Source: Centroscyllium fabricii
Lineage: Eukaryota
Assembly: GCA_051313645.2 (NCBI GenBank)
Contig: JBNRSN020000013.1
Span: 16,802,001-16,866,000, forward strand
Direction of reading: 5' to 3'
DNA: 64,000 bases
This document shows, in pieces, positions 48,118-60,857 of this stretch; positions within the stretch are counted from its first letter, which is position 1, and each line of letters begins with the position of its first letter. Under the pieces are notes generated by a model. It did no database searches. It was not told the origin of the DNA and saw nothing but the letters and a program-made list of their open reading frames with translations. The translations under genes were made by a program, and so were the position numbers.

Positions 48118-49841
48118 TGTAAGGAGCGTGCGCCGTATATTTTATTTACGACTTGGGGTCCGTTGCTGCCTTGCTCTAGCAGTCCGCTAGGCCTCGCGCA
48201 ATAACCTCCTCCCTCGTGAGCGGTTCGAATCGCTCACCCTTACGGTTCTAGACGCTGGACTTAGGTGCAGGAAAAGAGAGAGACGAGATGGATACAGATT
48301 GGACTCAGACTTGGACTCAAATAAAAGTAGCAAAGCTGGATGATTTTATTACAGCAAAAGATATATATACAGCAGTTAGATTGTACTTCATAAAACCAAC
48401 ACAGTATGATACGCAAACAGTCGTTTCCCAAATATATAGATATAAACATACACAAGTAACTTATAGGATGGGGAACGCACGGCACATCGTAAATCGGGGC
48501 AATGACTCTATAAACTCGCCCAAATAAGCCACCCTCCCCTCTATTGCCTAGCTATGTCCAGGTGTGTAGGATCGGGGCACATGCTCACCACTCGGTCAAA
48601 TTCGGGGTCTGCTACGAAGTCCTTCGTCCCTTCGGCTGCAGCGTCGGTCGTCACGTGGCTGTGGAAGATTCGGGAGCCCACTCGTTGTCTTCTCCCTCTT
48701 GGCGGTGGCTGCTTCTGCTCGGGCTGGTCCCGGACGGGTTCCTCGAGGCTGCTCTACCTCCTCGCACCAACCGCACCGTCTCCCTGGCTGAACCGGACCC
48801 TGGGGTATGCCGATCCTGCCCTCTCAAGCCGAATTGTAACGGGCTACTAGCCTACTTGCTTTCCCACTCTTCCGACGCCAGCTTATTCTCAGTGTTCAAC
48901 AAGATGCTCTACTAATGGGGCCCAACAACCAACTACCTCACCAGCAATGGTTTTCCGATGCGATACAGCCCTGACCCAACTCGACCGTCCTGCCAGAACC
49001 TGCACCCTGCTTGCCCTGCACCCAGAAAGCTGAACTGGAGTCTTCGAAAAGGAGAGCCCACCCAAAGTCACTGCTAGAGATTCTTCAGAGCCAAACGCTA
49101 GCCCTTTCCAAGGGCTAAAAGTCAAGAGAAAAAAGAGAGAGAGACCTCACCGCTTCAAGAGGTCGCCTCCAAGAGTCCTAAATCATCAGAGAGATTTTTC
49201 CAAGAGAGACCCCCTCTTCCAGAGAGTCAGAGATGAAGAGAGAGGAGAAGAGAAGAGAGCGAACTGTACAATGTTCTGCCAGTTATACCCAAAATGTTGA
49301 GTGCCTAATGTCTTTCCAATTATGGCAGGTATTGTCTTTAAGAAACGGTTACTGCATCCTTTTGTCCAGCCAAACCTGCTGGTAATGCTTTGATGGCGGC
49401 CCTAACCTCTCCTGTTTAGAGCTCCATTGTTTTCAAAGGGTGCTAATCGCTTTAATGCTTGCTTGCTGTACAATTTTGTACCTGGCTAAACGGGCCAGTT
49501 AATTCATATTTGCAGTTATCTTTGGTGCTTATTTAACTGGGTGCATTTCTTTGTTGGGCTAAGCGGTTCTAAGGGGCTGGTTATTTATTTCCAATTGCAC
49601 ACTGGCTTACAGCGCCTCTATGTCTGGGCTTTTTCGCGGGCTTTCTAGAATTCAGTTTTAGTTTCGTTTTGGCTCTGGTCGTTATGTCATGTGGTCCGGT
49701 GGCCATTTTGTGAGGCCCCTTTTCTCTGATCAAGCCGCAGCTCGTCTTTTTCTGCCACTGTTCAATAAAACATGTTTACTCCATCCATCTGTTTCTGGTC
49801 TTTGTGAATCCGTTTTAACCTTGGAATATTGCGACCTTACA
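48118..49841 (-). mobile_element. Long solo LTR (1724 bp); orientation tentative
   Basis: Terminal inverted TGTAAGG...CCTTACA; 4-bp flanks TCTC/TCTG; minus-strand TATA-like at 49283-49288 and AATAAA at 48345-48350; interrupts an old SINE-like sequence. Confidence 0.7.
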
Positions 49842-49954
49842 TCTGTGAGACATATTTCTGTTCCCAGACTAATCTATCCTGTGGCTTTGTGGAGCAAACT
49901 GTACATTTAAAGTCCATTGGCTCAATTTTGTGCTATTGCCCTATTTTGTTTTAT

Positions 49955-50935
49955 TTATTCTTGGGATGTGGGCGTTGCTGGCAAGGCCAGCATTTATTGC
50001 CCATCCCTAGTTGCCCTCGAGAAGGTGGTGGTGAGCCATCTTCTTGAACCGCTGCAGTCCATTTGGTGAAGGGGCTCCCACAGTGCTGTTAGGTAGAGAG
50101 CTTCAGGATTTTGACCCAGCGACGATGAAGGAAGGGCAATATATGCCCAAGTCAGGATGGTGTGTAACTTGGGGGTAAATTTTCCCTCGGGTGTGGGGAA
50201 TTGGCGGGTTTCCGGCAGGTCAGGTTTCCCACACGAATACTAAAGGGCCTGGGAGCCCCTCGCAATTTTGGCTCAATTGGCTAATTGATTCCCCGTGTGT
50301 AGGAACCCTTGTCAATTGACTATTTCACGTCTGAAAGTCGGCGGCACCGGGATGGTGCCGGATGCTTAAAGATGAGAGCCCCGTTTCAATGAGAAGTGCT
50401 GGAGAACCCCGTTTCAATGAGAAGTGCTGGAGAGCCCCGTTTCAATGACAAGTGCTGGAGAGCCCCGTTTCAATGACAAGTGCTGCAGAGCCCCGTTTCA
50501 ATGACAGCTGCTGGTCAGTTTCAATGAGAAGTGCTGCAGAGCAGTTTCAATGACAAGTGCTGCCTAGCCCCGTTTCAATGACAGCTGACAGTCAGCAAGC
50601 CGATTGTGTCCCCGCCAGGTTTCACTGGCGGGGTTTCCAGCTGGCGGGTTATGGGTGGGGAATGCCTGAAAATCGCAAGGGCCCCTTAATATAGCATTAA
50701 ACATGCCAATTACAGGTGCTTAAGGAGCCTAACCACCATTCCCGCTGGTCACGGGCGGGAAAGATTCGTGGCAGACAGACACGGCCGCAGGAAATCGGAA
50801 AGTGGCGGCGATCCGGCGGGAGGGGTCGGGACCCCTGGTTTTGCGATTTTGCGCCCCGCCCCGCCGGAAAACCCACCTCACGGCTCGAGGAAAATTTACC
50901 CCTTGGTGTTCTCATGCATCTGCTACCCTTATCTT
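49955..50935 (-). mobile_element. LINE 3' end (same family as 10418-11335) interrupted by a MITE
   Basis: GGATGTGGGC..CTGGCAAGGC...GAGAAGGTGG shared with 10430-10640. Confidence 0.8.
50172..50902. mobile_element. Harbinger-type MITE with internal ~27-bp minisatellite (about 50374-50590)
   Basis: TIR GGGGTAAATTTTCC...GGAAAATTTACCCC; exact TSD TTG; repeat unit GAGCCCCGTTTCAATGACAAGTGCTG. Confidence 0.9.
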
Positions 50936-51388
50936 TCTTATATCACATTCGATCCTCTTAGCCAACAGGAAAAGGAGACTTTAAACCCATCAGGATTTGA
51001 ACCCAGATCCTAGAGTGAAAAGCGTCTAACCCTCTGAGCCACCCAAGTTTCTTGCAGACATTTTTTTGCAAATGACTTTTTTTCAAGTTACACTGGAAAA
51101 TGAATAAACCATGCAACAATTCAACACACGATAAATCTGCACAGAATAATCAGGCAAAACATGTATTTGCACACTGCTAGCTAAAGTTTCTCAGGTGGAA
51201 TTACTTGGCAAGCAGTATGGAACACCCAATACCATTTTACATGACATATCAAATCAAGGCAAGTTTGACAGAAAATGATTCAAGTGGGAAAAAAATTCCA
51301 GACGAGGTCCATATATAGACTGGGCAAGATTCTTTAGGGACAATATTAACCCTACCCACTCAGCGAAACTGGGCGGGAAGGCAGTTAA

Positions 51389-52075
51389 AAGCAGAAGACA
51401 CACCCCCATCTTCATCCAAGGGGCCGAGGTGGAAAGGGTGTCCAGCTTCAAGTTCCTCGGGGTCCACATCTTGGAAGACCTCTCCTGGTCACTAAACACC
51501 TCCTCTCTGATAAAGAAGGCCCAACAGCACCTGTATTTCCTAAGGAAGCTGAAAAATGCCATGCTGACATCCGGCATCCTCACCAACTTCTACCGCTGCA
51601 CAATCGAAAGCATACTGACAAGCTGCATCACAGTCTGGTATGGAAACTGCACCATCTTGGACCGGAAGGCCCTGCAGCGGGTAGTCAAAACTGCCCAACG
51701 AATCACCGGCACCCAGCTTCCATCAATTGAATGCACCTACCTCAAACGCTGCCTACGGAGGTCTCTGAACATTATTAAAGACCCCACACACCCCAGCCAC
51801 AGTCTGTTCGCCCCCCTGCCCTCCGGGAGATGCTACAGATCAATTCGCACCCGCACAACCAGATTCAAGAACAGCTTCTTCCCCAGGGCTGTCAGCCTCC
51901 TGAACTCTAACAAAAAACTCCAGTATCTGCACACCTGAAATGTACTTTATTGTATGCAATTGTATGTAACTTATTTGCACCACTCTCGGGAGCGGCGAGT
52001 CTTCATTTCGTTGTATTGTACTAGTACTCTGCAATGACAATAAAATTGAATTGAATTGAATTGATTTGAATTGAA
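51389..52075 (+). mobile_element. Rex1/Babar 3' fragment
   Basis: ORF 51429..51938 nearly identical to the C-terminus of 18045..19025; (TTGAA)n tail. Confidence 0.93.
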
Positions 52076-53817
52076 ATAAAATTGCCTGTCAGATTCACCT
52101 GCTGATGTCATGATGTCCCAAAACCTATCCCACAGGACCCAGGGGCTCTAATATTAACTGCTCTTCTGAGCAGACGATAGGGGCACCCGTTGGAAACCAG
52201 CCGGGTCTTTCTTTAAATATACAGATCAGGCCCAGGGTCAATGTTCCCTGGAATCTTTTATTGGGTCGTGTGGCCCATTTAATGGGCTGCACGGCCCACA
52301 CAAATTTCCGCGCATGCACGTTTTTTTTCAACTTAAAAGCTGGCTCACTGGCTGCGCGGGTCCCCTAGAGCGCTGTGCAGCCAAAGGGATCATTGCTTGG
52401 GGGTCCTTCCTTAAAACATGCAGATTAGGCCCCGATGAACTTATTGGGACCTGACTGCTGTTGTGTGTGAATTATGTGCAGGGACAAGATTGTGTTTGTT
52501 TGTGATGTTCCATGTGGTCAAATAGTCTGCCAACACTCACCATCAAGGTTCACAGGAACAATGGCCCATTGGGGGAGGTCCTTGAGGGACCCTTTAAGAA
52601 GCCAATGCCTCCAGCAGAACCGGGGTGAAAACTGGCAAGAAAAGCACAAATCATCAGCAGTACAGTGACTAACTCAACCCACTGCTGACCCAATGCTTAG
52701 GATCATATCATCTCTACCACCAAATAATGTCCATTTTGTTCACTTGCCAGAAGTTACACTGCGCGCCTGACATAAAAATCACACATTTTGAGCAAAATTC
52801 CACAGAATCGTTTTCTCCATCGTTACACTATAGTTTACAATTTCCTGAAAATGTTGCATCTTCCTTTTTTTGCCACAGGCAGTCAAGACGTTTTGCAGCT
52901 CTCGCAGGAGCAGCCACCGCTGAACTGTTTGATGTGTTCATTGGACCTGCAAAGGCCTGTCCTTAGAGGAAGGCTCCTCCAATCTGTTAACAAAATATGC
53001 ACTAATGAAGTGTTTCATTACAGAAGGGAAGGCTGGCAGCTGCCGTCAATGGCTTATCTTCTTCTGTGTGGCTCAATCCAGCACCTGGACAGTTGTTATG
53101 GGTAGCTCACTTCTAATGAGTCTTATTAGCCCATGGCAGTAATTGGCCAGTGATGAACCCTAATTAAAACCTGGAGGTACAGAACAAGGGAGATCCCCAC
53201 TGTGAAGGTTATGCTTCTTCGCTTCTTCATCAACAAAAAGTCGAAAGTCGAATGTCAAACAGTGACTGTCATTGGTGAGGCAAATTAATGAGTTGCAGAT
53301 GATTAAGAACTTTGAAGGAAAGCTCTGCTAAACTCCTGAAGCTTAAATGGCAGAAAAATGCAGCTAAATAGAAAACAGGGCCTTTTAAAATATATATATA
53401 TTGTGTTTCATGTCCCCCTCCTTTTACAGCCACTCGCTGTTGCACTGGGGATTAACTGGGACAATTATCACTGATCTACTGGCACCACGAAGGGGGAGAG
53501 CTGGTGTGGAAATCTGTTCAACACTTGCCTGGGCCAGAACAGAATTGGGATCCAAACACAGAATCCCGGGCCAGCTCTCCCGGTGGCTTGCTGAGTTGGT
53601 CCAGTGAGTAGCTGAACCATACAAACTAGAAGTGCTTTTACAGCTGATGCTTCTGTAGTTTGGGTCACAGGAGAGAGTCACTCGCATTGCAAAAAAATCA
53701 TTGCCCTCCTGACGGCAGACTCAGCACTGTGGAAAAGTGGCCCTGTGATTCTGCCATTGGGATGTGGATGGATTTGACGTCATTCTCCAATGACCCAAAC
53801 AACAGATGTGCGCAATA

Positions 53818-54161
53818 CAGGTTGAGCACCGTTAATCCGGCACCCTTGGGACCAGGCCGGAGCCGGACCATTGAAAACTCTGAACCACTGAAGTTTTGGG
53901 GGGAGCGCGCGGTAGAACACTCCCCTGGGCCCGGAGCGCGCGGGTAGAACACTCCCCAGGAGGGAGCCCGGGGATAGAACACTTAGAGAACCTAAAAAAA
54001 CAGAAACCTAAACGCCCGACGCCTTCGGCACTCGCTCACCCTTTGCAGGAAACAGTGGCGCCGCCAAGCGCCTGCTCCGCAAAATGAAGAGCGGTTTCCA
54101 ATCGTGCCAGACCACTGAAGCTGCCGGACCATCGGGTGCCGGATTACCGGTGCTCGACCTG
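53818..54161. mobile_element. Tigger/pogo-like MITE
   Basis: TA TSD, TIR CAGGTTGAGCACCG; sister of 7038-7403. Confidence 0.9.
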
Positions 54162-54623
54162 TATAAGTGTGCCTTAGGAGGTTTCCAGATTGGATCTCAG
54201 TCTGTGCCAAGTTAGCTGATCTCAACTCAACTCAATTGCATGAACAATGCTAGATGGCCTCAGCATCTTGCTGTTAAAACAGAGGTGATGGGGAGGGGAA
54301 GCCACAATTCCTGATCAGCAGCCAGGAATCTCTTTGAGAACTACATGTGCATGGACGTCAGGTAAAGACATGATCAGGCTCAGCAATGATGCCTCCTCAC
54401 TCTCCCACATTGAACGGGCTACTGACATTCACCAGTCACGGTTCCAACACAAATAATAGCCAATTGAGGGGGGGGGGGTATCAGGGTGCTTTGCTATCAT
54501 ACAGTTTCACAGATGCCATGAGTCAATGCCTTCAATGTCAAAAGTGGGTGACAGATAAAAGTGGCGAGAAAACAGAATGAGTCTTGTGCAATATTCTCAA
54601 TCCTGATACAAAGGCCTAATGAT

Positions 54624-55940
54624 AACATAGGAACAGAAGTAGGCCAATCAGCCCATCGGGCCTGTTCTGCCATTCAATGAAATCATGGCAGATCTGTATC
54701 TCAACTCAATCTACCTGCCCTGGTTCCATAAAGCTTGCCGAACAAAACTCTATCAATCTCAGTTTTGAAGTTTTCAATTGACCCAGCTTTAGCAGCTTTT
54801 TGGGGAGAGAGTGCTAGATCTCCACTACCCTCTGTGTGAAGAAGTGCTTCCTGACATCACCCCTGAATGGCCTAGGTCCAGTTTTAAGGTTATGCCCCTT
54901 TGTTCTGGACTCCCCCACCAGAGGTCCACCCTATCAAATTCTTTAATCATCTTAAACACTTCAATCAGGATCGCCCTTACCCTTCTATACCCAAGGTAAT
55001 ACAAGCCTGGTCTATGCAACTTGTCCTCATAATTTAACCCTTTTAGGCTCTGTATCATTCTGGTGAATCTGCGCGGTACCCCCTCTAAGGCCAGTATATC
55101 CTTACTGAGGTGTGGTGCCCAGTACTGAACACAATACTGCAGCTGGGCTCTAACAAGAGCTTTAGAAACTGTAACATAACTTCCGGCCTTTGCATTCCAA
55201 TCCCCTTGCGATAAAGGCCGAAACAGGTTGAGCACCGGTAATCCGGCACCCGATGGTCCGGCACCTTCAGTGGTCCGGCACGAATTGACACCGTCTGTCT
55301 GCAGTTTGTGGAGCAGCCGCTCGGTGGCGCCACCGTTTCCCGCTGTAAAGCATGTAAATTTATTTTTCAAAAAATTACATTTTTGTTTTAAATATTTAAT
55401 TAAATGCCATTTTAATTCATTTGAAATATGTGATTATTTTTATTTATTTGATGTCTAGGTGTATTTTCTGGGGTCTTCCAATTCATACTTATGGGGTTTC
55501 CACACATACGGAATACCGATAAGAATGAATGGCGATTCCCTTCTCTCATTCGTTAGGCCGGCCCACGTGATCCCAAGGACGCTCGCGAACCGCCTGCACC
55601 CTGGGATACATGGGCCTGTACCCGCCAGTACCCGGAGAGTCCCAGGACCGCGAATCTCCGTACCTCCTGGACCACCAGGTAGACGGGCAATTTATTTGTG
55701 GATCGGTGGCATTTCCCCGCGTGAAGCCTCTGACCACAAATTCAGCCCCATCAATTATCTCTGCCATTCCCTCACTCAAGGTAGCTCTGCTAATCAGTAA
55801 GTTTTCGATCCCTTCTTCAACCTTCAGTGGTCTGGACTTTTCAATGGTCCGGCACCGGGTTGGTCCCGAGGGTGCCGGATTACCGGTGCTCAACCTGTAT
55901 TCCATTAGCCTTTTTGATTACTTAAATAACGTTCAACTCC
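54624..55940 (-). mobile_element. CR1 3' fragment interrupted by a MITE
   Basis: KALVRAQLQYCVQYWAPHLSKDILALEG in ORF 54825..55370. Confidence 0.85.
55224..55897. mobile_element. Tigger/pogo-like MITE with replaced interior
   Basis: Perfect TIR CAGGTTGAGCACCGGTAATCCGGCACCC; interior about 55345-55815 unrelated to the sister copies. Confidence 0.88.
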
Positions 55941-56554
55941 AACACGCTATCTCCATCCATTCCATGCTACAAAAGTTTTGATGTAAGCACACATCCCATT
56001 GCACCATTCCCATTCTTATATAAACTCTTGAGCCCAGATGTTCAACATTCCAATTCACTCCCATTGTAGACGCCATTATCCAAGATAAATCCCAATGTAC
56101 TATTGCAATTTATACCAGTGTATAAAAGTTTGATCATTGCAGAGAATTCCAAAATACCATTTCCTTTTAATTCCATTATAAATAAAGTGATAATCCATCA
56201 ACATTGCTATTCTTTTCAATGGTGTAGAACCCTTGATCCAAGTGTATATCCTGAACTTGTAAGAGTTTGTTGTCAGCTCTTTGGTTAGCATTCAACGATA
56301 CTGAAAGAATACCGGCCAATCCCTACCCCACCTGTTCAGAGAGGCCCTCTCCAGTGCAGAGAGCCATAAAGCCATTGGTCTGTGCAGTGAACCAATCAGA
56401 AACTGGTGCCTCCAAGAAGTCAAGAAATGAGAAGAAACGACTTCAGATTTTCCCGCTACTGGACAAAATATGCTGCCTAGGATTCACTCCCACTCTCTCA
56501 CGAATGCTTCGACGCCTGTAGAAATCGGTTACGATCCATAGGTCTGGGTAGAAA

Positions 56555-56715
56555 CCAACATCGCTAAAACAGATTATCTGGTCATTATCGCATTGCTGTT
56601 TGTGGGACCTTGCTGTGCGCAAATGGCCTGCCACGTTTCCAATATTGCAACACTGACTACACTTCAAACAGTATGTCATTGGCTGTAATGTGCACTGGGA
56701 GGTCCTGAAAGGCGG
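56555..56715 (+). mobile_element. SacSINE1-like 3' fragment
   Basis: AAAACAGATTATCTGGTCATTATC...GAAAGGCG. Confidence 0.75.
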
Positions 56716-56717
56716 TA

Positions 56718-57160
56718 CAGGTTGAACACCAGTAATCCGGCACCCGATGGTCCAGCAGCTTCCGTGGTCCGGCACGAATGGAAACTGGCGCTCTTCATTT
56801 TGCAGAGCAGCCGCTCGGCAGCACCACCATTTCCCGGGAAGGGTGGGTGAGCGCCAAAGGCGTGGGTGTTTGGGTGTCTGCTTTTTTAGGTTTTGTAAGT
56901 GTTCTATCCGCGGGCTCCCTCCCGGGGACTGTTCTACCCGTGCGCTCTGGGCCCCGGGGAGTGTTCTACCCGCGCACTCTGGGCCCCGGAGAGTGTTCTA
57001 CCCGCACGCTCTGGGCCCTGGGGAGTGTTCTACCCGCACGCTCTGGGCCCCGGGGAGTGTTCTACCCACGCGCTCCCCCTGAACCTTCAGTGGTTCGAAA
57101 TTTTCAGTGGTCCGGCACCGGCCTGGTCCCGAGGGTGCCGGCTTACTGGTGCTCAACCTG
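56718..57160. mobile_element. Tigger/pogo-like MITE with expanded ~31-bp array
   Basis: TA TSD; array GGGAGTGTTCTACCCGCACGCTCTGGGCCCC at about 56898-57075. Confidence 0.9.
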
Positions 57161-57802
57161 TACCAGCCTTTCTTTTATATATATTGGACAATCATGGCAT
57201 GCACCTGCAGTTTCCAGATTATGGAATCCCAACAGGCGAGGCTCCATGCTGAGAGCACTTCATAACATTGAGCCCATGCTTTATATAATGCAACCAGACT
57301 CCACAGGTAGAAATAGCTCTCGTATCAGGGCCCTTGCACGTGATTCTATTTTGAAGTATTTCCCTCGTCCCCTTTGTGCCCCAGCGTTATGTACCATTAA
57401 TGACATCCAAAATGGGAGGTGACATGTTGCCAGACCATTGTCATTCAGGAACTATGCACCAGTTAGTGCTCAACGCCTGTCTGATGTGGGACTGGGTGTT
57501 CAACTCTTCTCAAACAGTACAGCTAGAGACATAGGCTGCAAACTGCCACTTCCCAACACGACGCCTCCTGCATCCCATTTATTAAATTAATACGCATCAT
57601 TTAAAATGCCCTGAAGCTGGATGAAAGGACTCCTTCTGCACTGAAATGTCTTGTATTTCTTTCAGCGCTTGTCAAATGACAGGACGTGGTTTTGTAACCT
57701 GAAACAAGCAATCAATTAGTAATTGTCAATGAGTAGATGTCAGGGAGACAGTAGCTTCAAGTAAGCACTGAATTCAATTTAAAGAAACAATGCTTTTAAC
57801 TG

Positions 57803-58570
57803 CGTGATCCCACCACCAACCATATCTTCCCCTCCCCTCCCCTTTCAGCATTCCGCAGGGACCACTTCCGCTGAGACACCCTAGTCCACTCCTCCATCAC
57901 CCCAGCACCCCCTCCCCTTCACCTGGAACCTTCCCATGCAAGCGCAGGAGATGTAACACCTGCCCTTACATCTCCCCCCTTCCCAATGTCCAGGGCCCCA
58001 AACACCCCTTCCAGGTGAAACAACGGTTTACTTGTACTTCTTGCAATCTAGCATACTGTATTCTCTGCTCACGATGCGGTCTCCTCTACATTGGGGAGAC
58101 CAAACGCAGATTGGGTGACCGCTTTGCGGAACACCTCCATTCAGTCCACAAGGGGGACCCCGAGCTCCCGGTCGCCTGTCACTTCAATTCACCGCTCCAC
58201 TCCCACTCTGATCTCTCTGTCCTTGGCCTATTACATTGTTCCTCAGAAGCTCAGCGTAAACTCGAGGAACAACATCTCATCTTCCGATTAGGCACTTTAC
58301 AGCCCTCCGGACTCAATATCGAGTTCAACAATTTCAGATCATAACTCTGGCCCCCATTATATTTTTACCTCTTTTAATCCACACCTTTTATTTGGCCTTT
58401 CTTTTCTCTATCGTGGCAGCCACCTCCCGTTCTGCCACTGTTTTCACACCTAATCTACAGCTGTCTCCTGTCCACAGGCCCCCACCAGCATCTCATCTCA
58501 TTTTGAATACCTGTCACAGTTTTTTCTCTTTGTGCTGTCTTCTCTTTGTTCCCTCCCACCTGTGCCTGTT
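57803..58570 (+). mobile_element. Penelope-like (Neptune-type) 3' fragment
   Basis: FPCKRRRCNTCPY Cys motif followed by GIY-YIG; followed by a 69-bp terminal fragment (58592-58660) with 14-bp TSD CAGGACTATCAGTA. Confidence 0.9.
58015..58344 (+). pseudogene. GIY-YIG endonuclease domain of a Penelope-like element
   Basis: NLAYCILCSRCGLLYIGETKRRLGDRFAEH...RKLEEQHLIFRLGTLQPSGLN. Confidence 0.9.
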
Positions 58571-58965
58571 CCAGTATCAGGACTATCAGTAATAACAACA
58601 AAAAATGCTGGAAAAACTCAGCAGGCCAGGCGGCATCGGTGGAGCGAGAAACCAAGTTAACAGGACTATCAGTAGTTGGAGCTTCTCAGCTTTGTTACTT
58701 GTTGTAACAAGTTGTGCTGACCTGGGCTACAGGGACTGGAGCAGTTGCCTAATTGGGTCTCCAGTCCAAAGTGCAGTTTTGTAAACATGGAACAGATGAA
58801 AAGACTGGGGCTATTTTTGATTTCCTAATTACAGCCGTGCGATCAGGTGAGGCACTGGGCAAAGGCCAGGGACTTATTCCCAGGGAGGGAGAAAGAGACA
58901 GATAGACAGAGACAAATTGTTGGCTGAGTTACTTTGGCCTGATGTCATGCAACAAAAGAGACTTG

Positions 58966-59870
58966 GGGGGAAATTTTTAAAAAGCTGTGGGAAGCTGGCG
59001 GGTTTTGGGTAGGTCAACTTTCTGTCCCGCCCACCCAAGGACCTGGGAGGCCCGAGTGATTTTGGCTCAAATGGCCAATTATATCCCCGCCGATCTGTCG
59101 GGCTTCCAATACACACTAATGGGCGGGAACTTGGCCCTTTACATTCACAGTTTGAGTGGGGCAGGCTGTTGATTGACAGGCCTGAGTAGTAAGAACTCAC
59201 TAAGCCTGATTGAAAGATCTGAAGTGTTGCCTTTGTTTCTATGTTGACATAGCCTCTGTGAGTCAGACTATGAGAGGAACACTAAAACCACAAAACAAAC
59301 AGTTGAAGTGAGTCACTGTTTGTTTGTGGTTTCAATGGAATGTAAACAGAAACTGATCCCCTGGGTGATTGACAGCTGGGCTCACAGACACAGCGCAGCA
59401 TGCCGATCTCTGTTTAATAGGAGCGATTTGAAGGTGAATGATTTCAATGTTTTGGGGCTCTGAAGTTTACCACCCTTGGGTAGCAGCTGCACCTCCAGCA
59501 TGGTGGAGGCTAGCAAGCTGCTGTGTGGGTGCTGTGCCCATGCCTTGAAGATGGTAGACACCCAGCCGCCTGGGTTCCCACCACCTTTTTCATGGCGGGG
59601 TTTTCACCAGGCTGGTTTTGGGTGGGAAGAGGGCTAAAATAGCTGAGGGTCCTTAAAATAGGATTAGCCATCCAATTAAGGGCCCTCAACGACCTCAATC
59701 TTTATCCCCACTGGCGGCGGGCGGGAAACATGCGGGGCGGCAAAACCCGCGCGACAAAACTCCCAAAATGGGCGGGGATCCATTGGGGTGGCTTCCCGCC
59801 TACCGGAATTGCAATTTTAGTACCCGCCCCGCCAGAAACCCACACTCAGGGACCTCCGAAAATACCGCCC
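58966..59870. mobile_element. Harbinger-type MITE
   Basis: GGGGGAAATTTT...AAAATACCGCCC ends; TSD TTG (58963-58965, 59871-59873); shared AATTAAGGGCCC module. Confidence 0.75.
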
Positions 59871-60569
59871 TTGGGAGCCATTCGCTGAGGAAGATGCAGG
59901 ATCACTAAAGTGGAAGGGTGGGAGTTAAAATAGATAACGAAACTGGGCTATTCTACAATTACTGTGCACATTCCATCATCCACAACTCCTATCCAATTAA
60001 TAACTGATTAAGCCCGCAAAACAAAACAGAAAGATAGGACTATGAAAAGGCCATTCAGCCCATTGCCTCACATGGTCAACCAGGGCCTATTTCAGGGCTC
60101 AATCTGTTTTGACCAAAAAATGTACTGGTCTCTGTAGTGAACACAGGACAAACTTTTGTCGTTCCAGTAAGTGTGCACACTGCTCATTACACACAGTGAT
60201 TTGCTCACACACTCCACTCAGTGCCCTTCGTGTTTCAGTCTTCTTACTAACTGGATCTGTTACAAAACAAGGACTGGAATCTACAAAAGCTAACAAAATG
60301 GAAACATTGATAACAAAATCTGGATCGGAATATGTCTAATCCCGCTACAGTCACTGTACACTTGGATCAGGCTGGTGAATTTTTAAGATAACTCCCTCCG
60401 CCCCCCACCACCCCCGCCCCCCCCACCCCTCCGGCTTTAAGACAATTTTTAGTGTTGCAGAAACGAACATGTTTACATTTCATCATACTTTTCAAATCAA
60501 AGTTTGTACAGCAGAGAAATCGAAAACAAAGTTTCACATTTATTGACGGCTATTTCCGTTGGCGGGGGA

Positions 60570-60857
60570 GTCAGTGATGAGGAATCATCAATTTTAAATT
60601 GTCACCAAGATAATGAGGTGAGAGATTAGGAGACATTTCTTGACAGAGAGTTGTTGGAACATGGATTGCTTTGCTGCAGGGAGTTGTTGATGCAGAGACC
60701 ACTGCATCTTGTAAGAGAAGATCGATGTAGATTTGAAGCAGACGAAGACACAGGGCTATGAGGAGAGAGCAGAGCAGCGGGATATGTTCTTGGTTTTCGC
60801 CAGTGAAGAGCTGGCACAGACACGATGGGCCGAATGTCCCCTTCCTGTGCTGTAATA
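60570..60857 (+). mobile_element. Old CR1 3' fragment
   Basis: AGAGAGTTGTTGGAACATGG... and 3' UTR GGCACAGACACGATGGGCCGAATG. Confidence 0.65.

Noticed and set aside
50374-50590. CRISPR-like array (also 56898-57075)
   Set aside because: Contiguous tandem units without unique spacers, vertebrate context, no cas genes
56778-57422. 214-aa repetitive ORF and similar GC-rich ORFs (7029..7547, 44663..45109, 48544..48915)
   Set aside because: Chance open frames through MITE arrays or the LTR; no domain signatures
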